Below, one piece after another: positions 44,715-54,832 of a stretch of DNA of 64,000 nucleotides. Origin of the DNA: Leptolyngbyaceae cyanobacterium (lineage in GTDB: Bacteria; Cyanobacteriota; Cyanobacteriia; Phormidesmidales; Phormidesmidaceae); contig CBDHHL010000056.1 of NCBI GenBank assembly GCA_965263355.1, positions 32,001 through 96,000 of the forward strand, read 5' to 3'. The notes under the pieces are model-generated. The model saw only the letters and a program-made list of their open reading frames with translations. It searched no databases and was not told the origin of the DNA. The position numbers were made by a program, and so were the translations under genes. Each line of letters opens with the position of its first letter. Positions within the stretch are counted from its first letter, which is position 1.

Positions 44715-45305
44715 ATGAAATTTTTTGAAAAACCTGGCGCTGATCTGGCTGACCGAGTCCCCCCAGGTCAACATTTAGCCAAAGGGTTTCCAGTATTAAC
44801 CTATGGCCCTACGCCAGAGATAACCCAGGACGATTGGCAGTTGAACCTATCGGGATTAGTAACACCTAAAACCTTGAACTGGGCCGATCTCCTGGCCTTA
44901 CCTCAGCATCAGTTCACAGCAGATTTCCACTGCGTTACCACCTGGAGCAAGTTGGATGTGGTCTGGATGGGGGTAAAGGTAACAGATTTATTAGCGACCG
45001 TGGATGTCGATGACAAAGCAGCCCATGTGATGGCCCACTGTTACGGTGGATACACCACTAATTTAGCGATGGAGGATTTTGCTCGACCTGAAAATTTTCT
45101 GGCCCATACGTTAGAAGGTGAACCACTGCCTGCAGACCATGGGGGCCCCTTGCGATTAGTTGTGCCCCACTTATATGCGTGGAAAAGTGCTAAGTGGCTC
45201 AGCGGTTTAGAATTTCTTGCAGAACCAGTCCTCGGATTTTGGGAACGGAATGGCTATCACCAACGGGGTGAACCCTGGGCGGAAGAACGCTATGGTGATC
45301 GATAA
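44715..45305 (+). CDS. Sulfite oxidase-like molybdopterin oxidoreductase
   Basis: RVPPGQ, DFHCVTTWSK, HGGPLRLVVPHLYAWKSAKW, GFWERNGYH. Confidence 0.92.
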   Translation: MKFFEKPGADLADRVPPGQHLAKGFPVLTYGPTPEITQDDWQLNLSGLVTPKTLNWADLLALPQHQFTADFHCVTTWSKLDVVWMGVKVTDLLATVDVDDKAAHVMAHCYGGYTTNLAMEDFARPENFLAHTLEGEPLPADHGGPLRLVVPHLYAWKSAKWLSGLEFLAEPVLGFWERNGYHQRGEPWAEERYGDR

Positions 45306-45436
45306 AAATCCGTAGGAACACTAAATCGTCCTGATCGTCTTGTTATTTATCTGTAATCCTGACCATGGCTGTACAGGCCAGATCTCCTGAGAATGTCAGC
45401 ATACGTTGCGATGAAAACCGATAAATCACAGGACGC

Positions 45437-46219
45437 ATGTCGGCGATTAATGGCTCCACTCCAGACAAGATCAAGCAACAAATAGTTGAGACTTTACCCG
45501 CAGAGGCCCAACATTGGTTGATGGGCCTACCTTGGGTACAGCGTCGATACATACTATCGCTCTGCTATTTAATGTGTGCTACTCCACCAGAGGAGCAGGT
45601 ACAGTTTTTAGACGAGTACACGGCTGACGGTATCATTTCGCGCATCATCCACGATCAAGATACTCAGCAGCGAATTTACTATCATCTGCGTCGCTTCCGC
45701 ATCGAAACCCAGCTAACCGAAACAGTTCTTCGCAGCTATATTCGTCAATATTACTTGCACTCAGCCCAGGCCCGTCAGCGGCGTGACAAAGCCTATCTGG
45801 AATCCGCTATTCACCTGATGATGGATGGCCAGGAGCACAATCGTGTCTTAACTTATATTCTTGGGTTTGAGCTGCTGATCCTGATATTTAGTATGAGTTG
45901 GGAGCAGCACGAGCGATTCTATACGCTACAGTCCAATCAGGAAGACTTCTTCAATCGCTATATTCGCCCCATTCAGCGGGCCCATCGTCTGAATGGAATC
46001 ATTGTGCCTAAGGATGAGCATCGCTTTTTTGCTCGACGCGATTATTTTATTCGCATTCCTATTCTTAAGCCAAGACAGACAGTAGCCCTAATTATGGCTA
46101 GTTTTTCTCCCAAGCAGATCAGCCAGCTCGGTTCCATTGTTATGCGTCATCAAAATGCCCTGCAGTTTGATTACGACCATATTTTTCAACAAGATTCTGA
46201 CGCGGCTATTTTTGGCTAG
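45437..46219 (+). CDS. Conserved cyanobacterial hypothetical protein
   Basis: 260-aa ORF; no recognised catalytic motif. Confidence 0.72.
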   Translation: MSAINGSTPDKIKQQIVETLPAEAQHWLMGLPWVQRRYILSLCYLMCATPPEEQVQFLDEYTADGIISRIIHDQDTQQRIYYHLRRFRIETQLTETVLRSYIRQYYLHSAQARQRRDKAYLESAIHLMMDGQEHNRVLTYILGFELLILIFSMSWEQHERFYTLQSNQEDFFNRYIRPIQRAHRLNGIIVPKDEHRFFARRDYFIRIPILKPRQTVALIMASFSPKQISQLGSIVMRHQNALQFDYDHIFQQDSDAAIFG

Positions 46220-46225
46220 CTATCC

Positions 46226-46486
46226 TTATTCCACAATGCGGATGACACCAGTCTGAATCGCATCAAATAGACGATTGATTTGGCAGCGTTCCTGTTCATC
46301 AACGGTGCCATCGGCTAATACCATCTTCGATAGGGACTGATACTGGGTGTAGGTAATGCGCTTGGACCTGATCAGCTGATCCACTAACTGAGTCACTTCA
46401 TTGTCTTCTGTGGCAGTATTTTCTAGCTGATCGTCACTGTTGGCAGGTGGATTCGGATTGTCAAAAGAATTGTCCATAGCGTTCAC
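46226..46486 (-). CDS. Small hypothetical protein
   Basis: LADGTVDEQERCQINRLFDAIQ; probable start at MDNSF. Confidence 0.65.
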   Translation of the reverse strand: MNAMDNSFDNPNPPANSDDQLENTATEDNEVTQLVDQLIRSKRITYTQYQSLSKMVLADGTVDEQERCQINRLFDAIQTGVIRIVE

Positions 46487-46569
46487 AGAATCCCAATTTT
46501 TAGCGTTGACGCTGCACTAGGACTTTATCAAGTAAATCCCCTGACAAATCAGTAATGCCACAGGAAAAT

Positions 46570-48222
46570 TCAAGATTTGCTTGCTGGCGACATGGCCGCA
46601 TTATCGTCTGCATTGAGGAGGGCAATGGCTGCGTCCAGAGAGTCTGCTTCATTAATGAATTTATCATGTCGCCAGCGTAAAATACGGGGAAAGCGTACTG
46701 AAATGCCTGATTTGTGACGCTTAGATTGGGCAATGCCTTCAAACCCAATTTCAAATACATGGGTGGGCTCAACGGAGCGGACAGGGCCAAACCGTTCACG
46801 GGTATGACGACGAATCCACTTATCGAGGGTAGCAATTTCATGGTTATCTAGCCCTGAATATGCTTTTGCAAACGTCACTAGCTCGTCTCCATGCCAGAGG
46901 GCAAACGTATAGTCCGTAAATAGGTTGGCCCGTTTGCCGCTACCTGCTTGGGCGTAGATCAAAACCGCATCTAAGGTCATGGGGTCTACCTTATATTTCC
47001 ACCAATATCCCCGTTTGCGTCCCACCAAATAGGGACTTTTGAGGGCTTTAATCATTAATCCTTCGGCCCGATGTTGACGGGATTGGCTTCTGAGCAGCTG
47101 TAATTGTTCAAAGGTATCAAACGTGAGCAGTTGGGAATAGCTGATGTAGGGCGTATCGTAGATATCTAGTAAGTCCGTTAGCAGTTGACGACGCTGAGCG
47201 AGGGGGCGTTGGCGAAGGTCTTCTCCTTGGTGCTCTAACAGATCGTAGGCCAGGAAATGGACCGGATTGTCAGCCATGAGTTTTGGCCCAACTCGCTTAC
47301 GCCCCAGGCGCTTTTGTAAGTAATTAAAGTGCAAAGGCTGCTGACCATCCCAGCAGACAATTTCACCATCAAGGACGGTGCCATCGGGCAATTGTTGTAG
47401 CGGTTCTGCAAATTCAGGAAATTGATGGGTGATCAGATCCTCGCCCCGCGACCAGATAAAGTATTGCTCAGCCCGATGAATCATTTGAGCCCGAATGCCG
47501 TCCCACTTCCATTCAGCTTGCCAATCCGCCATGGTTTCCTGGGCAAATTTATCTACATCTATGGGCGATGCTAGAAAAAATGGATAGGGACGGCTGGGGA
47601 CCACCTGGGGCGTTTCACTTTGAATTAGCGTTTGGGTAAGCGTCTGGTAAAACTCTACAGACGGCGTAAAATCACCCATCAATCGATAAGTAATTAAATC
47701 CGCAGGAATATCGTATTCAGCAGCTAACGCTTTGACGACTAATTTGGTGGAGACGCCTACTCGGAAGGCTCCGGTCAAAATTTTGTTCAGTACAAAAACT
47801 TCATACCTGTTTAAGCTTGCCCACCAGGAAATGACCAGGGTCTTCTGTTCTTCGGCACTACAGGTTTTTACCTGGGGAATGATGGTTTCTAACCAAGTGT
47901 GTAAGGTCTGGTTCTGAAACTCTGGGCAAGCTGGGGGGAGGGGAGTATCATGCAGGAGTAGAGCAATGGTTTCTGCGGAATCGCCCACATGGGCATAGCT
48001 GGCTTCAAATAGCCATTCAGGAATATTGGATATCTGTAGAAAAATATCCCGTAATGTGCGTGATGTAACCAGACGTTTACGGGTTTTGCCCAGAAACAGA
48101 TATAACGCCCAAACTGCATTGGTCGCTGACTCATTGCGAAAATATCGCTGTAGCGCCGCTACTTTTTCATTGGTGGAGGTGGTACTGTCCACGGCTTGAA
48201 AAAGTTGGGTAAATTGTTTCAT
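46570..48222 (-). CDS. ATP-dependent DNA ligase
   Basis: EWKWDGIRAQ, LDGEIV, EGLMIK, WWKYK, VRFPRI. Confidence 0.95.
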   Translation of the reverse strand: MKQFTQLFQAVDSTTSTNEKVAALQRYFRNESATNAVWALYLFLGKTRKRLVTSRTLRDIFLQISNIPEWLFEASYAHVGDSAETIALLLHDTPLPPACPEFQNQTLHTWLETIIPQVKTCSAEEQKTLVISWWASLNRYEVFVLNKILTGAFRVGVSTKLVVKALAAEYDIPADLITYRLMGDFTPSVEFYQTLTQTLIQSETPQVVPSRPYPFFLASPIDVDKFAQETMADWQAEWKWDGIRAQMIHRAEQYFIWSRGEDLITHQFPEFAEPLQQLPDGTVLDGEIVCWDGQQPLHFNYLQKRLGRKRVGPKLMADNPVHFLAYDLLEHQGEDLRQRPLAQRRQLLTDLLDIYDTPYISYSQLLTFDTFEQLQLLRSQSRQHRAEGLMIKALKSPYLVGRKRGYWWKYKVDPMTLDAVLIYAQAGSGKRANLFTDYTFALWHGDELVTFAKAYSGLDNHEIATLDKWIRRHTRERFGPVRSVEPTHVFEIGFEGIAQSKRHKSGISVRFPRILRWRHDKFINEADSLDAAIALLNADDNAAMSPASKS

Positions 48223-48492
48223 GACGTAAAATAATGCCGGGAAAGATATGGGAAAACTTACGGGCCAGACTGAGAGTAAATGTAGTTACTTATGACAGAT
48301 GAATTTTTAAATATGGATATAATCTTAAAAAATAATTAATTTTCATATTATTCTCGATATGGCTAGTGGTGCATCCCGCTAAAAAAGTATCGATAGGCGT
48401 GTTGATGAGTGAGTGGTATCATCCCCTCGAGTATTGAAGTCTGAAAAAGCACTAGTTCGCAGTTTGTAGAAGTCCAGCCGCAATTATTATTT

Positions 48493-49131
48493 ATGGCAAA
48501 AAATATTGAACACAATAGGGCTACTCATGCGTCCAATTATGCGTCCAATGGTTCAAGTGGTCGCATGACAAGTAGAGAACTCAAGCTGTCCCCAGTAGAC
48601 GGAGCCTTGTTTGCTCCCTATAGGGACAGTGTTATGTCTGACAGTCGCGATCGCATGGCGATTCTGATTGATGGAGCAAATTTATTCTATTCCGCTTCTT
48701 ACCTGGGCATTGAAGTAGACTACGTTCGTTTGCTGAAGACACTCGTGGGCGAGCGACAGCTGCTGCGGTCTTACTTTTATACCGGTGTGGACCCCAAAAA
48801 TGAAAAGCAGCGGGGCTTTTTGCTTTGGTTAAACCGTAATGGGTACCGCGTTGTCAGTAAAGATCTAGCGCAAGTTGCCGATGGTGCACGACGGGCTAAC
48901 CTGCATGTAGAAATGTCGGTGGATATGATTCGTTTGGCGGACCATTGCGACACAATTACACTGCTCAGTGGGGATGGGCAATTGACCTATGCTGTAGATG
49001 CCCTCAGTTATCGAGGTGTAAGGGTAGAATTGGTAAGCTTGCAATCGATGACTAGCGATACGTTGATTGATTTAGCGGATCGCTACACAGATCTGGCTGC
49101 ATTACGGGACAGCATTTGTAAAGCGAATTAG
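48493..49131 (+). CDS. NYN/LabA (DUF88) domain protein (probable start 48634)
   Basis: ILIDGANLFY, YFYTG, ANLHVEMSVDM, LSGDGQL, GVRVELVS. Confidence 0.88.
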   Translation: MAKNIEHNRATHASNYASNGSSGRMTSRELKLSPVDGALFAPYRDSVMSDSRDRMAILIDGANLFYSASYLGIEVDYVRLLKTLVGERQLLRSYFYTGVDPKNEKQRGFLLWLNRNGYRVVSKDLAQVADGARRANLHVEMSVDMIRLADHCDTITLLSGDGQLTYAVDALSYRGVRVELVSLQSMTSDTLIDLADRYTDLAALRDSICKAN

Positions 49132-49281
49132 CGATTTTTAGAAAGTTTACATATCGATCCCCTGTATATAGTGACACTTTTCAGGCAAAGGATTAGTACG
49201 CTCCGATAGCCTATCCGGAGAATGGGCTGCTTCTGGTGGAGATCCGCATAGAATCAGCTTGAGCATTCGGGAGATCGCCTA

Positions 49282-50235
49282 ATGTATGTAGTAACCAATC
49301 GCAATCTGCAGCCAAATGCACGACCAGAAGAACGATTTGGAGCAGGATTTAACCAAAAGGGTCCCCATGAGCTAAGGCTAGCAGAAGCTCGCAAAGTTGT
49401 TGATCAGTGGCAGGTCGATATTTTAGAAGACCGGACTACCTACAACGGGGAAGACATGTGGGCTAGCGAAGCCGCATTTCTAACAGCGCAGCAGCGAATG
49501 CAACAAAAACAGACTAATGCTCTCTTTTTTGTACATGGGTTCAACACGAACTTTAGCGATGCGTTAGCAGCAGCCTACGCAATAGAACAGCTGTATAACC
49601 TTGAGGTGATCCTATTTACATGGCCGTCAAATGGTGGCGGTGGCATAGACGGGTTAGCCAGCTATCAGGATGATAAACGCGATGCGGCATTGTCCATTGG
49701 TGCACTAGATCGATGCTTTGAAAAGCTAGCCGTTTATTTCACTAAGTATGCAGAGCAAGCTTGTAAGCGAAAGTTTAGTCTGGCCATGCATAGTATGGGA
49801 AATTATCTCTTCAAACGGTTGTTATCATCTTCAATTTATCAGGGAGAAACACTGTTGTTTGACAACATTGTGATGCTGGCAGCTGATGTCAATAATAAGG
49901 ACCATGCATCTTGGGTTGATCGGGTGCGGTTTCGTAACAGATTGTTTATTACCATCAATGAAGACGATGCGGCATTGTTGGCATCCAAAGCTCTCCCTGG
50001 CGATGAACAAGAAGCGCGTTTAGGCCACTGGCCAAGAAATCTAACGGCACGCAATGCGACATATTTAGACTTTACCGATGCCGCAGAAATTGAGGCCCAT
50101 CATAATTATTTTACGGATAATAGTGCCCTAGATAATTCGAGAATTCGAGAGTTGTTTTCGCGGGCGTTTAATGGCAGTAAGGCAGAACGTGGGTTGACCT
50201 TTGATGCGGCAACAGGCGCGTATCGTGTGCTGTAA
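49282..50235 (+). CDS. DUF900-like alpha/beta hydrolase
   Basis: FVHGFN, FTWPS, HSMGN, LAADV, RLG. Confidence 0.85.
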   Translation: MYVVTNRNLQPNARPEERFGAGFNQKGPHELRLAEARKVVDQWQVDILEDRTTYNGEDMWASEAAFLTAQQRMQQKQTNALFFVHGFNTNFSDALAAAYAIEQLYNLEVILFTWPSNGGGGIDGLASYQDDKRDAALSIGALDRCFEKLAVYFTKYAEQACKRKFSLAMHSMGNYLFKRLLSSSIYQGETLLFDNIVMLAADVNNKDHASWVDRVRFRNRLFITINEDDAALLASKALPGDEQEARLGHWPRNLTARNATYLDFTDAAEIEAHHNYFTDNSALDNSRIRELFSRAFNGSKAERGLTFDAATGAYRVL

Positions 50236-50243
50236 CTTTTCCC

Positions 50244-51008
50244 TTACTGCGCTGTCATGCCACCATCAGCGGTGATAATAGAACCTGTCAACAACGAGGC
50301 CTCATCAGACGCCAAAAACAAAGCCAGATTGGCAATCTCTCTCGGTTCTCCAGGTCGGCCAATGGGTTGAAATGAGTCAATAGACTCATAGAGTTTCTCG
50401 ATGCCGCCGAGCAAATTGGCATGGGCATAATTAATAGGAGTATCAACCCAGCCAGGGCAAATACAATTACAGCGGATGCCTTGTTTGGCATAGTCCAGGG
50501 CAATGCCTCGGGTAAGCATGACAATGGCTCCTTTAGAGGCAGAGTAAACGGTCAGGTAGGGTTCGGAGACAAGTCCGTTAACGCTGGAGATATTGACAAT
50601 GGAGCCTTTGCCCTGTTTGAGCATGTGGGGAATAATGGCTCGACTAACGTACATGGTGCCTTTGACGTTGACGTTTAGGGTTTTGTCAATGGTCTCGTCA
50701 GTGGCTTCATGAAAGGTACCAGGGAGGTTTACGCCTGCATTGTTGATGAGGACATCAATGCTGCCGTAGATATTGATGCAGTGGTCGACAAAGGCACGCA
50801 CCTGGTCATCCTGGCTGATATCGGCAGTGAAGGCTGCGGCGGTGCCACCTGCGGTTTGGATATCTTGGGTCGTGGCGACAGCGGTGTCTGGGTTGATGTC
50901 GATGCAGAGGACCTTGCCACCTTCTTCGGCCAGACGAATGGCGGTGGCACGCCCGATGCCGGACCCTGCGCCTGTGACGATACAGGCTTTATTTTCAACT
51001 CTGCCCAT
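50244..51008 (-). CDS. Short-chain dehydrogenase/reductase
   Basis: TGAGSGIG, NNAG, YSASKG, PGWVDT, ADGG. Confidence 0.95.
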   Translation of the reverse strand: MGRVENKACIVTGAGSGIGRATAIRLAEEGGKVLCIDINPDTAVATTQDIQTAGGTAAAFTADISQDDQVRAFVDHCINIYGSIDVLINNAGVNLPGTFHEATDETIDKTLNVNVKGTMYVSRAIIPHMLKQGKGSIVNISSVNGLVSEPYLTVYSASKGAIVMLTRGIALDYAKQGIRCNCICPGWVDTPINYAHANLLGGIEKLYESIDSFQPIGRPGEPREIANLALFLASDEASLLTGSIITADGGMTAQ

Positions 51009-51576
51009 AAGTATTAGTCCTATGAACGTTCCAATATTGCCAAGGGCGTTTGTCGTGTAATTGGCGAGATATTGGCTCTGCCACCAGGCAGTGGGTAGAG
51101 CCTGAGAGGACGTACGAGCCTAAGAAAATGTTCACTTTACAATTTTTATGCGAGAGAAGAAGAAACTAATCCTCGTGTTTTAGTCCCATTTGTTAAACTC
51201 CTACCAACCTACGGTGCCCTTTCACTCCATGGCCACCGTACTTCATAATGCTCTATCCTACAGCATCCTAAAACTTAAGAAAAGCATCTTTATAATAATT
51301 GCCATTAGTTACACTACCACACTGCAGATAAATTTCTTTTTATATGCTAAATCCATATTTCCCCATACTGTAAGTGACCCAAAAAATCATCAATAGCGTG
51401 TCAAATCGGGATGTTCAGATGGCAATTTCTTGCACCAATTTTCAATTATCTTTATTGATTTTTTAATATTATCTTTTAGCCATTTTCTAATCAGGCTCAA
51501 TGACTCTTCTTTTGGGTAGTTATGGGGTAACTAAAACCACAGTAAATCAGAAAAAATTTGGCATACGTTTCAAAAA

Positions 51577-52120
51577 ACGGCCCAGGAGTTAAGGCGAAAA
51601 AGAAGACCAAGAAACGCAGGAAGTCGAGTTCATCAGAGTCTTCTCCTCGCCAAGTCCGTACGCTCAAGCCGAGTGAAGAGTGTGAGCGCAGTTATGACGT
51701 GAAGCCAACAGTGTGCAAGGACTGTGGAGCGGAGTTGAGTGGAGATGATCGCTATCCACATCGGCATCAAGAGATAGAGTTGCCCCGGATTGAACCGTTG
51801 GTGATTGAATACCGTCTCCATCAGCTGAGTTGTTCGGTCTTTGGAGAGATGACCCGAGCGAGGTTACCGTTAGGGGTGTCCCCTTCCGCATATAGAGAGC
51901 GTTTGAGTGCCATCGTGAGTCTGTTGAGTGGACCGTATCGTCAAAGCTATCGTCAGGTTTGTCGATGGATGGATGAGGTGTTTGAGGTGCGATTGTCCCG
52001 TGGCAGTATTGGTCGTTTGCGCGAAGAGCTGAGTACGGCTCTCGAAGCTCCCGTGTCAGAGGCAAAAACATATGTTCAGTCTCAACCGAGGGTCCATAGT
52101 GATGAGACGGGATTTCCCCG
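51577..52120 (+). mobile_element. IS66-family transposase, internal N-terminal fragment
   Basis: Basic patch, CxxCG zinc finger, EYRLHQLSC; ends at VHSDETGF. Confidence 0.85.
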
Positions 52121-52554
52121 TAGTCACAGCAGGTGAGTTTTGCTTCCAGTTGACTTACCCAGCTATCCCCAACGTTGGACACAGTATCCAAATTTGCTAG
52201 AAAGGGATCCCCAGCCCTCTGAACAGACTGGCCTAAGGTTTTGGCTATCTGAGCATCAGGATTTTGCTCTCGATAGATAATGGCAATCTGCTTTTTCCGG
52301 TTTATGGCCCTTTCTAGTGGGCCTCTTATATCCCGTTTGCCAAAGTCTTCGTACGACGCTTTGGAAAAAAAATTCCAAAGCTTAAAACCGACATTCTTTT
52401 CGATATGCTCTGGTTTAAAGGGATAAATTTCCCGATAGGTCCGACCTTCCCAAGATCCTATAAAAACCTTACGTTCCAGATCATTAAGATGTTTTCCAGT
52501 TTTAGTGTAGACCAACTGGTCAACAAACTCTAACGCTGCATCTGCATCCATCAT
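52121..52554 (-). pseudogene. Truncated N-terminus of a cyanobacterial HTH + TIR-like signalling/ATPase protein
   Basis: ALEFVDQLVY..GKHLNDLER..GSWEGRTY..KLW HTH then IAIIYR..PDAQIA..GDSW; reading continues into antisense IS66. Confidence 0.65.
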
Positions 52555-53054
52555 AAAACTGTTGCTAAATATGGGGCCGATAGCACATGGGGCTAATTCT
52601 GGGCGAGGTATAAAGTTCTGACAAAGCTAAAGTCTAGATTTCCGGAGTTTTGCTGAGGTTTTATGAGGTTTATATGAAGCGGGCCTTTGAGCAACATTCC
52701 TAATGCTTAGCAAATTTTTCCGTAGATTGTGAGCTTTCCTGGTTACGTTTTAAGTGTTCACCCCAGATACTAATCACACAGGAACAGTCAGAACCGGATA
52801 GTGAACATCAGCATTAATTCGGACTTTGGCTAGCTACTTCTTTAGCTAGATCTGTTTGAGGGGTGACTCACCCCCAGCCTTAATCAATGATTTCGGCCAA
52901 ACTAGAGGTCTACCCAATCGTTGTTAGCCATGTACTAATTTATTTAGTACATGTGCAACCGTCAATTTTAGAATGACGAACACTGCTCACAAGATGCTTG
53001 GTCCAAGTTTAACCCACTTGCTACTAGACCATCCATTGAAATGGCAATAGACCA

Positions 53055-53115
53055 AAACCTCGTTCATGCCAGTTTTTCTACGAAAAAACAACTGTTCTGG
53101 ATATGGACAAGGGGT
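53055..53115 (-). repeat. Degenerate reverse copy of the 71-bp repeat
   Basis: Minus strand ccttgtccatatccagaacagttgttttttcgtagaaaaact...gaggttt. Confidence 0.6.
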
Positions 53116-53316
53116 AGTCAGTAGTCAGGATGACGACATCACTATCATTTGTACAAAGAAATGCCAATGTTAAGAGCAAATATATCTGTCGAAACAAGTA
53201 AGATTGACATTAAGATCGAAACGGGTAGCTTAGATAAAACGTATTGCTCACCTCTAGCGCATACTTTCCCATCCACAAGCTCTTTAATCTGCCATCGCGT
53301 TCCACGGACCTTCAAA

Positions 53317-54222
53317 GTGCTATATCCTTCCACATCAATAAAGCAAGCTTGTGTGAATCAGCTGCACGAGAAATACATTCAGATGCTGGGTAAACCGTTG
53401 GGCTATCCGTCTGCCCAACCCAACCCTCAATTCCAGCCTGACTATGGTGTTTTACTCAGCACGTTTGCGGCTCAAGTGTTAGATAAAATCAGTGCTAGCA
53501 CAGCACTTTATCACAACGTTGAGCACACCATTTTAGTTTGCTTGGTGGGGCAGGAAATCTTACACGGCAAACATCAGCTGGAGGGCAGTATTACCTGCGA
53601 GGACTGGCTCAACTTTATGGTATCTCTACTCTGCCATGATATTGGCTATGTCAGTGGTGTTTGCCAACAGGATGATGTGTCCCAGCGACGCTATGTACAG
53701 GGTCAAATGTCTGCAGGTCAGGCACCGGAAACGGCTTGGGTCACGTTACCTCCTGGCACAACTGACGCCAGTTTGATGCCGTACCATGTTAATCGCAGTA
53801 AGCTCTTTGTCCAGGAAAACTTTAGTCAGTATGACGTTTTAGATCTAGAGGCGATTCAGCGAAACATTGCCTTTACTCAATTTCCCATACCGGAAGATCC
53901 AACCTACCGGGTCACCCATCACTACCCTGGGCTGACCCGAGCGGCTGACCTGATTGGTCAGTTGAGTGATCCACATTATTTGCAAAAAACCGTAGCCCTG
54001 TTTTACGAGTTTGAGGAAGTCGGTACTAACCGCGAGCTGGGCTATCGCTCCCCTGACGATCTGAAATTAGGCTTTCCCAAGTTTTATCGCACTCAGGTTT
54101 ATCCGTATATTCAACCTGCCCTGACCTATTTGCAAGCCACCCCCCTAGGGCAGCAGATTGTAGAAAATCTGGAGGCTAATGTAGAGGCTGTTGTCAGTAA
54201 CGAACCAGCCCTATCTAGATGA
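53317..54222 (+). CDS. HD-domain metal-dependent phosphohydrolase (Npun_R2479-like)
   Basis: ALYHNVEHT, LCHDIGY, PYHVNRS, AADLIGQLSDP; GTG start inferred. Confidence 0.85.
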   Translation: MLYPSTSIKQACVNQLHEKYIQMLGKPLGYPSAQPNPQFQPDYGVLLSTFAAQVLDKISASTALYHNVEHTILVCLVGQEILHGKHQLEGSITCEDWLNFMVSLLCHDIGYVSGVCQQDDVSQRRYVQGQMSAGQAPETAWVTLPPGTTDASLMPYHVNRSKLFVQENFSQYDVLDLEAIQRNIAFTQFPIPEDPTYRVTHHYPGLTRAADLIGQLSDPHYLQKTVALFYEFEEVGTNRELGYRSPDDLKLGFPKFYRTQVYPYIQPALTYLQATPLGQQIVENLEANVEAVVSNEPALSR

Positions 54223-54832
54223 CGCAGACGTTTTCAATCTATTCGCAAAACTTACATCTGGTTGTACTCAGTCTAGTCTCAAGAACTTCGATATGGAGAT
54301 TACACTGATGACATCCTTATCTTGTAATCAGTCTCTCTTAAATATTGGCATACAAAAAGTTTCTAAAACTCAGATCTTGCACCTGTCCAAGAAGCATTAA
54401 CCCGCCTTGGACTCAAAGTCACAAGGCTAATTGAATCAAAACCTATTAGAAGGTGTTAGTAGCCTGTAGGCGATCCTAACTAGGATGAATGGTTTTGTCG
54501 CTTTAGCAAACAGTAATCAATTAGCGCCCGGTTTCGAACCGGACGTGGGTTTGAGCCTTATAACTGATCTGAGTGCACGATCTCAATAAAACAATCTTTC
54601 AATCTTCTAAAACAGTCTTTCAACCATGGTCATACCTTACCCTTTAAGATTCTATTGAGGGTAAGCATCCCAGGTGGTAAGTGGGCGATGAACTTGGTTG
54701 CTATGACTTACGGATAAGTCAATAGAATAACTTACAGCTACTTACAGGTAAGGCAGCGGAGTGTAACATTATCTACAGGACTTTTTAACTTATTAAGTAA
54801 GCCTTATTCAGCTTTATCTGTATCTATTAAAA

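Noticed and set aside
51542..51556. IS66 left terminal repeat (GTAAATCAG)
   Set aside because: Only a partial match to the right end (GTAAAGATTCAGG), and the transposase 5' region is missing
51664..52120. C-terminal half of the 296-aa minus ORF as real protein
   Set aside because: It is the antisense of the IS66 transposase fragment
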